Shown: positions 40,305 to 51,284, numbered from the stretch's first letter. The stretch: DNA of 64,000 bases from Chamaesiphon sp. (GCA_965246715.1 CBDFFH010000049.1:1-64000), one strand, 5' to 3'. The notes: generated from the letters alone by a model not told the origin. Translations and numbers: made by a program.

Positions 40305-40388
40305 TTTTGGATTTTGGATTTTGGATTTTGGATTGGCAGTTCCTAGCCACTAGCCACTAGCCACTATCCACTAGCCACTAGCCACTAT
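40303..40388. repeat. Two adjacent heptamer tandem repeats (STRR-like)
   Basis: (GATTTTG)x4 then (CTAGCCA)x~6 between pdxJ and ycf54. Confidence 0.8.
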
Positions 40389-40414
40389 CTCCTATTCTCT
40401 ATTCCCTAAACAAC

Positions 40415-40741
40415 ATGCAAACCTACTACTACATCGCTGCCAGTTATAAATTTTTACGTGAAGAAGAAGCTCTCGATGAAGTGCTGAGCGAACGGGTGCG
40501 AAATTATCACGAAAATCAGAAAGAAATCGACTTTTGGTTTATCGATCGACCTGCGTTCTTAGATGCGCCCGAATTAGCTAGCGTCAAGTCAAAAATTCCT
40601 CAACCTGCAAGTGCGATTATTTCAACAAATAAACAGTTTGTCACTTGGTTGAAGCTGCGATTAGAGTTTGTTACAACGGGTGAATTTCAGGCACCATCGG
40701 CGACTATTTCCGATCCGATCGCTTCTTTGGCTAATGTTTGA
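40415..40741 (+). CDS. ycf54: Mg-protoporphyrin monomethyl ester cyclase accessory protein Ycf54
   Basis: TYYY..AS.KFL.EEE.L.EVL.ER.R.Y....KEIDFW....PAFL, F.TWLKLRLEFV. Confidence 0.92.
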   Translation: MQTYYYIAASYKFLREEEALDEVLSERVRNYHENQKEIDFWFIDRPAFLDAPELASVKSKIPQPASAIISTNKQFVTWLKLRLEFVTTGEFQAPSATISDPIASLANV

Positions 40742-40890
40742 TAGTTGGTGGATAAACTAGATAGTTTGATTTTAGAGTGGTCGATGATCGCTCTAAATTT
40801 TTAGTAGGAAAAATCTAGCTAAGTTTCTAGAAATAGATTTTAATTGTTGTGAGTTCAGCTGATGTTTGCACAAACCAAGATTGCTTAAAG

Positions 40891-42879
40891 CCCACATTCC
40901 GCACTTCAATTTTAACGACAGACACTTAGACTTATTTATTACTTATTCGACAAATAAATACGTAATTAAAAGACGAAATCAGAACAGTCTCCATACTACA
41001 ACCGAAGCAGTGATTTAGTGATAAAATTATGGTTAAAACTCCCATTAACTTTATCAACAAATGAATTATAAATTAGAAGAGATTGAGATTAAAAATCTAG
41101 ACCATTTAGGGATAGTAGCTGGAATTATAGATGAAATAGGAATTGTAGAAAAAGTAAATGAATTATTAGGGACAGATTCTAGAGAAAAGATTAATTGTGG
41201 AGAAGTTGTTAAAGCAATTATTTTAAATGGGCTGGGATTTGTTGCACAACCATTATACTTATTTTCAAATTTCTTCAAAGATAAAGCTGTAGAACATTTA
41301 TTAGGAGCAGGAGTCAAAGCAGAGGAATTGAATGATGACAAACTCGGAAGAGTGATGGATAAGTTATATAAATATGGGCTGAATAATATTTTTTTGATTA
41401 TTGGTTTGTCAGTAATTAAGAAATACAAAATATCAACTAAGTATTCTCATTTAGATTCAACTTCATTTCATTTGCATGGACAATACAATAATCGAGAGCG
41501 TGATGAAACGGAAGAACAGAGATTAGAGGTAACTAGAGAAAATCCAATATTTATTACAGAAGGATACTCAAGAGACCACCGACCAGATCTCAAACAGTGT
41601 GTACTAGATCTAATAGTGAGTAGTGATGGAGATATCCCAATATTTATTAGAGGAGGTTCGGGGAATGAGTCAGACAAAGCAATGTTTGGAAGAATATTAG
41701 TCGAGTACTCACAGCAAGCAGATTTTGAGAGTATCATGATAGCGGATAGTGCTTTATACAGTGCAAAAAATCTAATATTAATCAAAGATTTAAAATGGAT
41801 AAGCCGAGTACCATTATCGATAAATAAAGCAAAAGATTTAGTTAGAACAGTAAAAAGTGAAAGCCTGAAAGATAGTAGCAGCAAAGGTTGTCGGTATTCG
41901 TCATCACAAGTGATATATGGAGGGATAGAACAAAGATGGATGATAGTAGAAAGCGAGGAAAGAAAGAAATCAGATTTAAAGAAAATACTCGATCGCCTAG
42001 AAAAAGAAGCAGAGAAAGCTAGCAAGGAAATCAACAAAATAATCAAGCTAGAATTTGAGCAGGTATCATTAGCACTGACAGCAATCGAACAGATTCAAGC
42101 TAAGTTAAAGTATCATCAAATAGTTCAAATTGAAACTTTCAGTAAAGTCAACAAAAAAGGACAAGAAATTCATACCGTTACCTGTAGATCGATCGAAAAC
42201 AAAGAACTAGTTGATGACATCAAAAATCAAGCTGGAAAATTTATACTGGCAACTAACATACTAAGCGAAACTGAATTAGAAACTTCGGAAATATTAACTG
42301 TATATAAGCAGCAGCAATCCTGCGAAAGAGGATTTAGATTTCTCAAAAATCCATTGTTTTTTGCAGACAGCCTATTTGTCAAAAATCCCGAAAGAGTAGA
42401 AACAATGATGATGCTGATGGGATTAAGTCTTTTAGTGTATACAATTGGACAGAGACAAATCAGGAATGGTCTGAAAGCCAGAAAATCTTCAGTAAAAAAT
42501 CAATTGAATAAAGCAACAGATCGACCAGCTCTAAGATGGATATTCCAGTGTTTTCAAGGAATTCATTACTTTCAGCTTGACGAGATTGAAAGAATTAGTA
42601 ATTTGACTGAAGAGCGGTGCCGAATTCTAGAGTTTTTACCTGAAGCTTGTCAAAAATACTATTTAGCTAACTGAATTTTATCATGATGTATTAAAGAGAT
42701 TCATTGTTGCAACCACTATTGAATATTTCCGACCAATTAGTTTTTAAAGATCGGCAAAGACTAGAAAATTGTCATGCTCATTCGAGCGAGTTTTTGATAT
42801 TGCAAATGTCACGAATATACTTCCAGGTTGATTTTAGCTATGGATTGCTTTTCGTAAAAATTGAAGTGCGGAATGTGGG
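40891..42879 (+). mobile_element. Complete IS1634-family insertion sequence
   Basis: 23-bp perfect TIR CCCACATTCCGCACTTCAATTTT; 6-bp TSD TTAAAG (40885-40890, 42880-42885). Confidence 0.95.
41061..42674 (+). CDS. IS1634-family transposase
   Basis: LDHLGIVAG, HLDSTSF, GYSRDHRPDLKQ, IADSALY, YK.Q...ERGFRFLK. Confidence 0.95.
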   Translation: MNYKLEEIEIKNLDHLGIVAGIIDEIGIVEKVNELLGTDSREKINCGEVVKAIILNGLGFVAQPLYLFSNFFKDKAVEHLLGAGVKAEELNDDKLGRVMDKLYKYGLNNIFLIIGLSVIKKYKISTKYSHLDSTSFHLHGQYNNRERDETEEQRLEVTRENPIFITEGYSRDHRPDLKQCVLDLIVSSDGDIPIFIRGGSGNESDKAMFGRILVEYSQQADFESIMIADSALYSAKNLILIKDLKWISRVPLSINKAKDLVRTVKSESLKDSSSKGCRYSSSQVIYGGIEQRWMIVESEERKKSDLKKILDRLEKEAEKASKEINKIIKLEFEQVSLALTAIEQIQAKLKYHQIVQIETFSKVNKKGQEIHTVTCRSIENKELVDDIKNQAGKFILATNILSETELETSEILTVYKQQQSCERGFRFLKNPLFFADSLFVKNPERVETMMMLMGLSLLVYTIGQRQIRNGLKARKSSVKNQLNKATDRPALRWIFQCFQGIHYFQLDEIERISNLTEERCRILEFLPEACQKYYLAN

Positions 42880-43800
42880 TTAAAGATCGTCTTCAAACCA
42901 GGCATCTATCCCAAAACCCATCGCTCGCTTTAGTTGCAATCTCGATGCTAACTTAATTGCGGCATTTCTGCCGACACTTGTTTCGATGACTGAAGAGAAC
43001 ACCACATCGAGTTGATGTCGATCGATAAATTCACTCAATCGCCACGGAAACCCAGCAATTCCAGCTTTGACAACATAGATACCTCGCCAACCTTGTTGAT
43101 AAATAGCTTGAAGTCGAGCGAATGTTGCGACAGATTCATCTAGCGCGATCGAAGTATCATAAATCTGACTCAAGTAGATCGTTTCAGTAAGTAAATCGGG
43201 TGCTAGCGGTTGTTCGAGAAATTCGATTCTCGGCTCGCGACTACAAATTTTTAGCCATTGCACTGCTTCGAGATAAGTCAATCCTCCATTAGCGTCGAGA
43301 CGCAGCTTTGCATCCAGTGGCAAAACCGCGATTAAATCTTGCCAGAGTGCCAGTTCTGTGGCTATTGGCGCTACCCCAATCTTCCATTTAAAGGTTTTAT
43401 ATCCTCGTTCCCATAATGCCTGCCATGCGTCGATTGCAGTAGCACCTGTGGGCAATAATGCACTTATTTCCGGCTGCGCTCGATCGATCGATTCGTTATC
43501 ACTAAAAGCTGTCAGCGCACTACCAAACCCAAATTGACAGGCAGGTAAAGTATCGGGAATGAGATAAATTCGATCGCGAGTAATATTATCGCCAATCTGC
43601 TGACACCATGCGATCGCTTGTGCGAGTGATTCCGAACCAAACCACGGAATCGGTGCGATTTCTCCAGCATGAGATCTGCCGAGATCGTCAGTGAGCTGAA
43701 TGATGATGCCCTCCCTCACCGCCCAAATACCCTGACTCGTTTGCAGTGGTTGGCTGAATGGACGCTGATAGACAGAATATGTAAATCGATAACCAGTCAT
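42880..43800 (-). CDS. menC: o-succinylbenzoate synthase
   Basis: GEIAP.PWFG.E, TFKWKIG, LRLDANGG, EFLEQP, ALDES, VFSS..ET..G. Confidence 0.9.
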   Translation of the reverse strand: MTGYRFTYSVYQRPFSQPLQTSQGIWAVREGIIIQLTDDLGRSHAGEIAPIPWFGSESLAQAIAWCQQIGDNITRDRIYLIPDTLPACQFGFGSALTAFSDNESIDRAQPEISALLPTGATAIDAWQALWERGYKTFKWKIGVAPIATELALWQDLIAVLPLDAKLRLDANGGLTYLEAVQWLKICSREPRIEFLEQPLAPDLLTETIYLSQIYDTSIALDESVATFARLQAIYQQGWRGIYVVKAGIAGFPWRLSEFIDRHQLDVVFSSVIETSVGRNAAIKLASRLQLKRAMGFGIDAWFEDDL

Positions 43801-43890
43801 ATTACATACCTATGCTGTTTGCTGATTTACATTGGATAATTAGCGATTTATAATAGATCTGTCGATGCTCTACAAGCAATTAGAAAGTAA

Positions 43891-44193
43891 ATGACCCCAG
43901 CTAGCCAACTCCCGGATCGAGATCGTGAAATCGATCGGCAATTGAGAAGTTTTAATCGACGCATTCAACGGTTAGAAGATACTCAAATTACAGCAGCAGA
44001 ATTAAGTTTAGCTTTCGATCGGGTATATAATGAAATCGATGCAGTTGAAGATAAGATCGATGCATTTCGCGCCGAGTTCGATCTCTTTAGACTGGATACC
44101 AATCGTAAATTTGATGAAGTCAATAGAAAGCTAGATATCATCATTAGACGTACGACAGTTTCCACTGCGATGAGATATAGTAATAGCGATTAG
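43891..44193 (+). CDS. Small coiled-coil hypothetical protein
   Basis: Heptad-rich RI.RLEDTQ...FDRVY.EID...KLDII. Confidence 0.65.
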   Translation: MTPASQLPDRDREIDRQLRSFNRRIQRLEDTQITAAELSLAFDRVYNEIDAVEDKIDAFRAEFDLFRLDTNRKFDEVNRKLDIIIRRTTVSTAMRYSNSD

Positions 44194-44235
44194 CACCTCA
44201 ATTTTCTAAATGTTGTCGATCGAATAACTGCGATC

Positions 44236-45402
44236 TTAGTAGGCTCGATCGATCGCTAAACCGCTTAACGATTTAGCTGCTTCGGCGGAGGTTAAACCCT
44301 TACTCTGAATTAAGATACCAAATTTACCCAAACCCATCGGATCGATAAGTTGATGGAGATTTTGGCGGCGGCTGAGTAGAGATTGGATGTCGCCACTACG
44401 ATCGGAAATTGCGGCGATCTTCTCTCCCAAACCCAATGCCATCAAAAACAGCCCTTGCTGGATAAAACCGACGTTTTGCAAGCCTAATAATTCACCATAG
44501 TTTTGCAATGCTGTAAAATCTACATGTGCGGTTAAATCTTGGCTACCGATATTAATATAAGGATCGTTATGATAGGCATGTTGATAATAGCACTGTAATG
44601 TGCCCTGAGAACGCATGGGATTGTAATAGCGATCGGCAGTATAGCCATAATCGATCGAGATAATATACCCGCGTTGCAATTTTTGGGATACAGTTTCTAG
44701 CCAATCTAATGCAGCTAAATTTACTTCGGTGCGATAGCGATCGGGGTATTTATTAGCTAGTAAATCGATCTGATTTAGTCGCCAATATTCATGCAATCGA
44801 TCGGTTGAAATCTCACCAATCTCTTCGCTAAATCTGCCATTTAGATTTTGGGTTACATAAACTTCTTGCAACTTTCCAGAGACGAGTGTTACTAGATGAA
44901 TGGGGAGAGCATCGATAAGTTCGTTAGATAAAAAGCAGCCAACGATCGAAGCATCGGGAAGCTCATCCCATTCACACCAACGTGCGGGTAAAGCATGCAA
45001 TTTTAACTGTTGTGCTGCAATCATCGCTGGTGCAGTCTCGACGATAATATAATCGATAGATCGAAAAAATTCCGGATATTCGTGTTGTGAATACTCTAAA
45101 ATTTGAGCTGCTAATAAGCCTTGTCCCGCTCCCATCTCAACGATGTTAAATGAGGCAGGATGAGCTAATATTTCCCAGATTTGATGTAGTTGAATCGCCA
45201 ACATCTCTCCGAAGTCAGCCGCCAGATGTGGAGCTGTGAGAAAGTCACCACTCTCGCTTATTCGCTCGGCATTACTAGCATAATAGCCTGCTTGAGGATG
45301 ATACAATACTAACTCCATATATTCAGCAAAAGTAATTCGTTGTTGTGACGAACTATTAATGCGATCGATAACAATTTCGATCGATCTAAGATTATCATCC
45401 AT
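44236..45402 (-). CDS. SAM-dependent methyltransferase, MidA/NDUFAF7 family
   Basis: TFAEYM..VLY.P..GYY, GDF.TAP, VEMGAGQG, SNELIDALP, IDYG, QDLTAHVDF. Confidence 0.92.
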   Translation of the reverse strand: MDDNLRSIEIVIDRINSSSQQRITFAEYMELVLYHPQAGYYASNAERISESGDFLTAPHLAADFGEMLAIQLHQIWEILAHPASFNIVEMGAGQGLLAAQILEYSQHEYPEFFRSIDYIIVETAPAMIAAQQLKLHALPARWCEWDELPDASIVGCFLSNELIDALPIHLVTLVSGKLQEVYVTQNLNGRFSEEIGEISTDRLHEYWRLNQIDLLANKYPDRYRTEVNLAALDWLETVSQKLQRGYIISIDYGYTADRYYNPMRSQGTLQCYYQHAYHNDPYINIGSQDLTAHVDFTALQNYGELLGLQNVGFIQQGLFLMALGLGEKIAAISDRSGDIQSLLSRRQNLHQLIDPMGLGKFGILIQSKGLTSAEAAKSLSGLAIDRAY

Positions 45403-45764
45403 AGTTATAATTTTTCTACGCTCTCGATCTAATCGGTGTTAGGATATAAACTCTACAAGATTTTACAAATAATCGACACTTAAAGTAATGGAACTGCATC
45501 GGACGACTGGTAACTGGAGATTGGGATTGGGGTTATCCTTGATTACCGTCGTTTTATGGGGATTGGTGCCAGTTGCACTCGCGATCGTCCTAAAAAAATT
45601 AGATGCTTATACGATTAATTGGTTTCGATTTGCTACTGCATTTATTTTACTTGGCTGTTACTTAGCAAAGCAAGGAAATTTACCGAAAGTTGCTCGATTG
45701 CGAGCTGTACCTGTCTATCTACTAGCGCTCGCAATTCTTGGGTTGACGGGTAATTATATTTTCT

Positions 45765-47200
45765 GGCTCTTCACTACTTAGTATGCTCGATCGATAGCAA
45801 ATGTGGCAAATAGAAATTAATCAATATGTGAAATTGCCATAAAAGTGGAGTGATAATTGACATTGGGGGCATTTTGTTATTAAGTATAATCTAATTGAAA
45901 GCGATCTTGAGACAAACCAGAAGAAAATGCTCACCAAAAAGGAAATACAACTACTAACAGAAGTACTAAATCTAGCGGGAGTAAAAGTAAATGCCAAGCA
46001 CCAACATGAAGGAATTGGAATAATTTTAGGAGTTGAGTCGAGCGAAAAAATAAGTGTTTGCCAACGCTGTGGTTTGAAAAGCGACAAGTTACACCAAAAC
46101 CATCGGCAAATAATCAAAGATTTGGATTGGGGAGGGCAAGCGGTATTTTTAGAAATAAATAGAAGACAATTCAACTGCGAAAAATGCCAGAAACCATTTA
46201 GCGAAGAATTAGAATTTGTCAAGTCAAGAAGAAGATACACGAAAAGATTAGCAGATCGGATAATAGAAGAAGTATTAGCAGATGACATTAGGAGTGTAGC
46301 GAAGAAGGGGAAGGTAACAGAGAAAGAAATAGAAAGAATGCTAAAGGATGCATCAGGAGATTTATCAAAAATAAAACCAATAGGATTAAAAAGATTAGGG
46401 ATAGACGAAATAGCATTGATTAAAGGGCAGGGAAAATATTGTGCAGTATTAATAGACATAGATCGTTCTAAATTATTGGCAATTATCGAGGGAAGAACCA
46501 AAGAAGAAATTAAGAAAGTCCTGAGAGAGTGGGGGTCAGAGGTATTAGAAGGAATCGAAGAAGTAAGCATAGACTTATGGCAGGGATATAAAAGTCTAGC
46601 AATAGAAATGATGCCAAAAGCTCAGATAGTAGCAGATCGATTCCATATAATGGTACAAATAAATCAAGAATTAGATGGAGAAAGAAAGAAGGAGAAGCGA
46701 AAAATCGAAGCAGAAATAAAGCAAGCAAAAACCCCAGAAGAAAAAGCGGAGAAAGCGGCTATATTAGCAGGAATAACTAATAGTAAGTATCCAATATTGA
46801 AAAACGAAGAAGACTTAAATGAAGAACAGAAAGACAAGCTAGCTCAGGTAAAAAATGTATCAAGTCAGCTCGGAAAAATGCATCAATTGAAAGAGGATTT
46901 TCGAGAAATATTTGAGAAAAAGGAAAGCTGGAATGAGGGATTACTAGGCTTAGGGGAATGGCTGTCAAAAGCTCAAAAATATTTTGTCAAAAGTCAAGGG
47001 ACAATTTATCGATGGTTTGATGAAATACTGGCTTATTTTGACAATGGAACAACTAGTGGAGTAGTGGAGGGAATTAATAACAAGCTAAAACTAATCAAAC
47101 GTTCAGCATATGGATTTACTAATTTTGAGAATTTCCGAAATAGATGCTTGCTTAATTGGCACTTCAATCATTAATTTGGCATACTAACTAGTGAAGAGCC
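45765..47200 (+). mobile_element. Complete ISL3-family insertion sequence
   Basis: TIR GGCTCTTCACTA(C/G)TTAGTATGC (21/22); 8-bp TSD TATTTTCT (45757-45764, 47201-47208). Confidence 0.96.
45927..47174 (+). CDS. ISL3-family transposase
   Basis: C..CG zinc finger, LGIDE, VSIDLW..Y, ADRFH, EGINNKLKLIKR.AYGF. Confidence 0.96.
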   Translation: MLTKKEIQLLTEVLNLAGVKVNAKHQHEGIGIILGVESSEKISVCQRCGLKSDKLHQNHRQIIKDLDWGGQAVFLEINRRQFNCEKCQKPFSEELEFVKSRRRYTKRLADRIIEEVLADDIRSVAKKGKVTEKEIERMLKDASGDLSKIKPIGLKRLGIDEIALIKGQGKYCAVLIDIDRSKLLAIIEGRTKEEIKKVLREWGSEVLEGIEEVSIDLWQGYKSLAIEMMPKAQIVADRFHIMVQINQELDGERKKEKRKIEAEIKQAKTPEEKAEKAAILAGITNSKYPILKNEEDLNEEQKDKLAQVKNVSSQLGKMHQLKEDFREIFEKKESWNEGLLGLGEWLSKAQKYFVKSQGTIYRWFDEILAYFDNGTTSGVVEGINNKLKLIKRSAYGFTNFENFRNRCLLNWHFNH

Positions 47201-47909
47201 TATTTTCTTTGTATTAGGATTGAAAGCGACATCGCCTTCGCATGCCGAAGTGTTAATTCAGTTAGCGGGTGTCTTTTTAAGTTTGGGCGGATTGGTAATT
47301 TTCAAGGAACGTTATACCCGCTATCAATGGATGGGTGTCGGTGTTTTAGTTGCGGGATTTATCGGGTTCTTTTACGAACAATTAAAAGTATTGGTTAGTG
47401 ATAGCGATCGATATATTAGTGGTAGCATCATGCTAATAATTGCGGGACTGAGTTGGGCGGTATATGCGCTGATCCAAAAGCAATTATTAACCAAATTGGA
47501 TTCTACACATATCATGTGGATTATTTATGGCGCTTGCGGGCTATTATTTTGGATGCTAGCCAAACCCCAGATCCTACTTCAGCTTAACTCGATCGAGTGG
47601 CTCGCGCTAATTTTTTGCGGTTTAAATACCGTAGTTGCCTATGGTGCTTTTGCCGAATCGCTTCAACACTGGGAAGCTTCGCGCGTAAGTGCGATCTTAG
47701 CGCTAGCACCAATTTTTACGATCGTGGCAATGAGTCTGACTGCTCGGCTCGCACCTGGTTTAGTCGCTCCGGAGCACATTACCCCACTTGCTTTAGTCGG
47801 CGCAATTCTCATCGTCTCTGGTTCGGTATCGATTTCTTTGGGGAAAGGATAGTGGCTAACTTAGCAGCAATTTCGCTGTTATATTTTCGACGAGCGTAAC
47901 GCATATTTA

Positions 47910-48902
47910 TCAGCTTTCCTCGTCAATAATATCGATTTCAGCTTTGACACGTTTGGAAAAGAGCTTATTTGCATCCCAGGCATAATTGGTAAAGCTAGGG
48001 AGAATTTCTTGGGCAAAAGCTTCGGCGGCTTTCGATCGATAGCGGTTGGGATTGACAATTGCTGCCAGCATTCTTTTGATTTCCACACCGTCGACGTGAA
48101 CTCGATGTAATGTGGCATTTTCCAACTCCCGTTCGATCGCGGATGAAGAGACAAAGGCAGCACCCAAGCCAGCTTGAACGGCATTTTTAATCGCTTCGAT
48201 CGAGTTGAGTTCCATTTCGATCTTCAAGCGTTTGGGATCGATGTCGCAACGGGTTAAGACGCGATCGATCGCTTTCCGAATTGTTGATTGCGAATCTAAG
48301 GAGATAAACTTCAATTTATACAACTCTTCTTTCGGAATGCTTTTCATCCCCGCCAAACTATGATTGCTAGGTAAAATCAGTGCGAATTCATCCTCAGCAT
48401 AGGGGAGAATATCGAGCGATTCTTGTAATTCCGGGGGGACTTCACCGCCGATAATTGCCAAATCTACTTGTCCGTTGGCTACGCTCCAAGCCGTGCGGCG
48501 GGTGGAGTGAACGTGCAATTGCACCGATACATCGGGATATTTTTGGCGAAACATCCCAATCATCCGAGGTAGCAAATACGTCCCGGTAGTTTGCGAAGCG
48601 CCGACAATTAGCGTACCACCTTGCAGATTTTGCAGATCTTCGATCGCGCGACAGGTTTCCTGGCAGAGTGTAATAATTTTTTCGCCATAACTGAGCAACA
48701 AATGTCCGGCTTCAGTTAATTGCGCCCGTCTACCGCCGCGATCGAATAACGGTACATCCAATTGACGTTCGAGATTCTGCACCTGTAAACTGACAGCAGG
48801 TTGCGACACGTATAAACTATCAGCGGCGCGTTTAAAGCTACCCTCCGCAGCAATTGCCTTGAGAATCCGTAATTGATCCAGAGTAAACGGCAGGTCAGAC
48901 AT
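47910..48902 (-). CDS. rbcR: LysR-type regulator RbcR/Ycf30
   Basis: [46 protein letters not shown]. Confidence 0.9.
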   Translation of the reverse strand: MSDLPFTLDQLRILKAIAAEGSFKRAADSLYVSQPAVSLQVQNLERQLDVPLFDRGGRRAQLTEAGHLLLSYGEKIITLCQETCRAIEDLQNLQGGTLIVGASQTTGTYLLPRMIGMFRQKYPDVSVQLHVHSTRRTAWSVANGQVDLAIIGGEVPPELQESLDILPYAEDEFALILPSNHSLAGMKSIPKEELYKLKFISLDSQSTIRKAIDRVLTRCDIDPKRLKIEMELNSIEAIKNAVQAGLGAAFVSSSAIERELENATLHRVHVDGVEIKRMLAAIVNPNRYRSKAAEAFAQEILPSFTNYAWDANKLFSKRVKAEIDIIDEES

Positions 48903-49116
48903 AGCAATGAGCGTGTAAGATTTAGTAGCGATCGACTATCGACTTCCATTGACAGTACCATAACTGTCGGTACTTAGTCCCCGCAAGTAATAATTCCGAT
49001 CTTTATTGGTGTTTCCACGGGTATCTGGCATTTCAAAGTAGTATAACAGCAATATTTTAATCTAGCGATCGGCTCAAATATATCTGCTGGAAACTGCCGA
49101 CCCTACCTGCTCAGCC

Positions 49117-50007
49117 CTAATCCTTTCGCAAAAACGGCACGATCGATTGTTTAATATCAGCATACCAGTGTTCTTGAGGATAGTGTGCGGCGGTAGGCAG
49201 CTGAATTAATTCCCCTTGCTTCAAGGATTTGACGCAATTTTCAGCTTGAGCGAGATCGAGCCAGGGATCGTTCGTCCCCCAGATAATTTGGATCGGAAGA
49301 TCTAATTTTGGCAAGCCAGTAGCAATCTCAGTCAGGGATGCGGCTAATTTGAGGTTACGGATGGTAGCCAGGAGCGTGCGACCAGGGGCAGAACTTTTGA
49401 GATATGGTTTACGATAGGCTTCGAGATACTTATCTTCGATCGTCAATTTACAGCCAGCTTCGAGCGTCCGCTCGACTGAGAGAGGATCTTGTACGAGCAT
49501 TTCTCCAGCAACTGGTAATCCCAACTGCACTAGCTTCCACGGTAATTTGGCACTCGTGGTCAACGGGGCATTGAGAATGACTAACTTCTCGACGCGATCG
49601 GGATAGCGTAGCGCATATTGTATCCCAACAGTGCCTAAAAAGCCCTGGACTACTAACGAAACTCGATCGAGACTCAAAGTATCCATTAGCTCGGAAAATG
49701 CGCCGACAAAGGCATCTGGAGTGTAGGCAAAGTCGCGCGGTTCCGGCTTACTAGAATTACCAAAACCGATCCAATCCGGCGCGATTGCCCGAATCCCATT
49801 TTCAGCTAATGATGGTAACAATCCCGTCCAACTCAAACTTTGGGATGGCAGTCCATGCAACAAGATTGCGGTCTGGGGATCTTCCCAGCCGACTGGTTGG
49901 ACTTCCCGATAAAACCACTCTAGTTTGCCAGCTTGAATTGAAGTCCGCGTAATTTTTACCACGATAAATTTAGGAGAGATGCGATCGATTAGCCATTCGA
50001 TGACCAT
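49117..50007 (-). CDS. Alpha/beta-fold hydrolase (haloalkane dehalogenase-like)
   Basis: LLHGLPS, APDWIGFG.S.KP, IIWG..DPW, HYPQE. Nucleophile elbow reads VQGFLG, so it is atypical. Start uncertain. Confidence 0.82.
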   Translation of the reverse strand: MVIEWLIDRISPKFIVVKITRTSIQAGKLEWFYREVQPVGWEDPQTAILLHGLPSQSLSWTGLLPSLAENGIRAIAPDWIGFGNSSKPEPRDFAYTPDAFVGAFSELMDTLSLDRVSLVVQGFLGTVGIQYALRYPDRVEKLVILNAPLTTSAKLPWKLVQLGLPVAGEMLVQDPLSVERTLEAGCKLTIEDKYLEAYRKPYLKSSAPGRTLLATIRNLKLAASLTEIATGLPKLDLPIQIIWGTNDPWLDLAQAENCVKSLKQGELIQLPTAAHYPQEHWYADIKQSIVPFLRKD

Positions 50008-50045
50008 ATCGCAGATCGATCGCTTTTGGTGCGATTAATTAGCCC

Positions 50046-50253
50046 AAGTTGCTACCTATTTCTTGCCTGCGACTGAAGTCGCGGCTAATGATGCGAAGTC
50101 CGCCTGCGCGGACTAAATTATTAGTCCGCGCAGGCAGGCTTTTGCCGCTCGCGGCAACAACCGGACTTCGCGGACTGAATTTACTAGTCCGCGAAGGCGG
50201 ACTTTGTAACACAAGCGGCGGTTTTAACCGCTTCGAGTGTAGGTAGCAACTTA
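50046..50253. mobile_element. MITE carrying an array of REP-like palindromes
   Basis: 13-bp perfect TIR AAGTTGCTACCTA/TAGGTAGCAACTT; flanking 13-bp direct repeat GATTAATTAGCCC (50033-50045, 50254-50266); internal AGTCCGC.....CGGACT units. Confidence 0.8.
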
Positions 50254-50255
50254 GA

Positions 50256-51284
50256 TTAATTAGCCCGCCAGATCCCAATGTCGCCATCCGCACTGCCACT
50301 GAGCAGCGTTTGTCCGTTTGGGCTAAAGGCCAGAGCGGTAATTACCTTACTATGAGCATTTGAAAAAGTTTTCAGGTTTTGAGCCGAGTTGAGATCCCAT
50401 AGTCGAATCTCGCCATCGAAACCACCACTAGCGAGCATTTTACCATCGGGAGAAATCGCCACAGCCGAGACCGAATAAGCATGAGCGCGAAAAGTTTTCT
50501 GCTTTTTACCAGAGCTAATATCCCACAAATTAATGGTGTTATCGATGCTCCCTGTCACTAGGGTCTTGCTATCAGGTGAAATCGCTGTGGCTGTTACCCA
50601 ACCTGTATGTCCAGAGAGATCGTACAGTAATTTACTCGATCCCAAGTGCCACAGCCGGACTTGGCGATCGGAACTACCCCCAGCCAAAAATTCACCATTC
50701 TTGCTCACTGCAACCGTGAGTACGGGTGCGGTGGGATCTTTAAAAGTCTGCGAAACAGTTTTGGTTTCGAGATCCCATTTCTCGATCGAGTTGCCCGTGC
50801 GTCCAGCTAGCAAACTGCGCCCATCGGGAGTCATCGCCAACGCCGTTACATAAGCTCCTTTGGTCGCCGAGTCTAGTTTTGATTTGAGCTTGCCTGTAGC
50901 GACATCCCAGACCTGGATCGTGTCGTCCATGCCACCACTGGCAAGGTTTTGAGATGTATTATCGATCGCTAACGAGAGGATCGCGCCCCCAGCTCCCTCC
51001 AGTGTCTTGACTTGCTTATTTTCGCGTAAATCCCACTGTTTGACGGTGCGATCGTGACTGCCGCTAAAGGCTGTTTGGCTATCGCTGGTTATCGCTAACG
51101 ATGATACTACGTCTGTATGTCCGGTAAGGTTGCCAACGCGACCGATTTTTTGGGCTAGCTCCAATCCAGAATATGCTGTTGCGGGCGGATCGTAGAATGA
51201 CTTGAGTAGAAACAGCGTCACCACAATTACTGCTAAAGAGGCAGCTAATCCGATCGCTGTCGGTAAATTTTTTCGATCGAGCAT
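50256..51284 (-). CDS. Membrane-anchored WD40 repeat protein
   Basis: N-terminal TM helix; seven GH...WD-type repeats. Confidence 0.92.
   Translation of the reverse strand: MLDRKNLPTAIGLAASLAVIVVTLFLLKSFYDPPATAYSGLELAQKIGRVGNLTGHTDVVSSLAITSDSQTAFSGSHDRTVKQWDLRENKQVKTLEGAGGAILSLAIDNTSQNLASGGMDDTIQVWDVATGKLKSKLDSATKGAYVTALAMTPDGRSLLAGRTGNSIEKWDLETKTVSQTFKDPTAPVLTVAVSKNGEFLAGGSSDRQVRLWHLGSSKLLYDLSGHTGWVTATAISPDSKTLVTGSIDNTINLWDISSGKKQKTFRAHAYSVSAVAISPDGKMLASGGFDGEIRLWDLNSAQNLKTFSNAHSKVITALAFSPNGQTLLSGSADGDIGIWRAN

Larger units (their letters stand above)
45488..47852 (+). pseudogene. DMT/EamA-family transporter interrupted by ISL3
   Basis: Removing 45765-47200 plus one TSD restores ...GNYIF|FVLGLKATSPSHAEVLIQ...; the two EamA halves flank the IS. 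Confidence 0.92.

Noticed and set aside
40303..40388. Possible CRISPR array (also 29341-29376 and 58839-58868)
   Set aside because: 7-bp tandem units with no spacers and no cas genes; ordinary STRR-like repeats
41066..42046. Long antisense ORFs inside transposases (also 45821-46570) and other overlapping shadow ORFs in the track
   Set aside because: Opposite-strand or alternate-frame shadows of well-supported genes, with no recognisable motifs
50046..50253. Palindrome array as a CRISPR or as the 65/86-aa ORFs in the track
   Set aside because: Units alternate in orientation without unique 30-40-bp spacers and are bounded by TIRs and a direct repeat, so it is a MITE/REP; the ORFs are incidental
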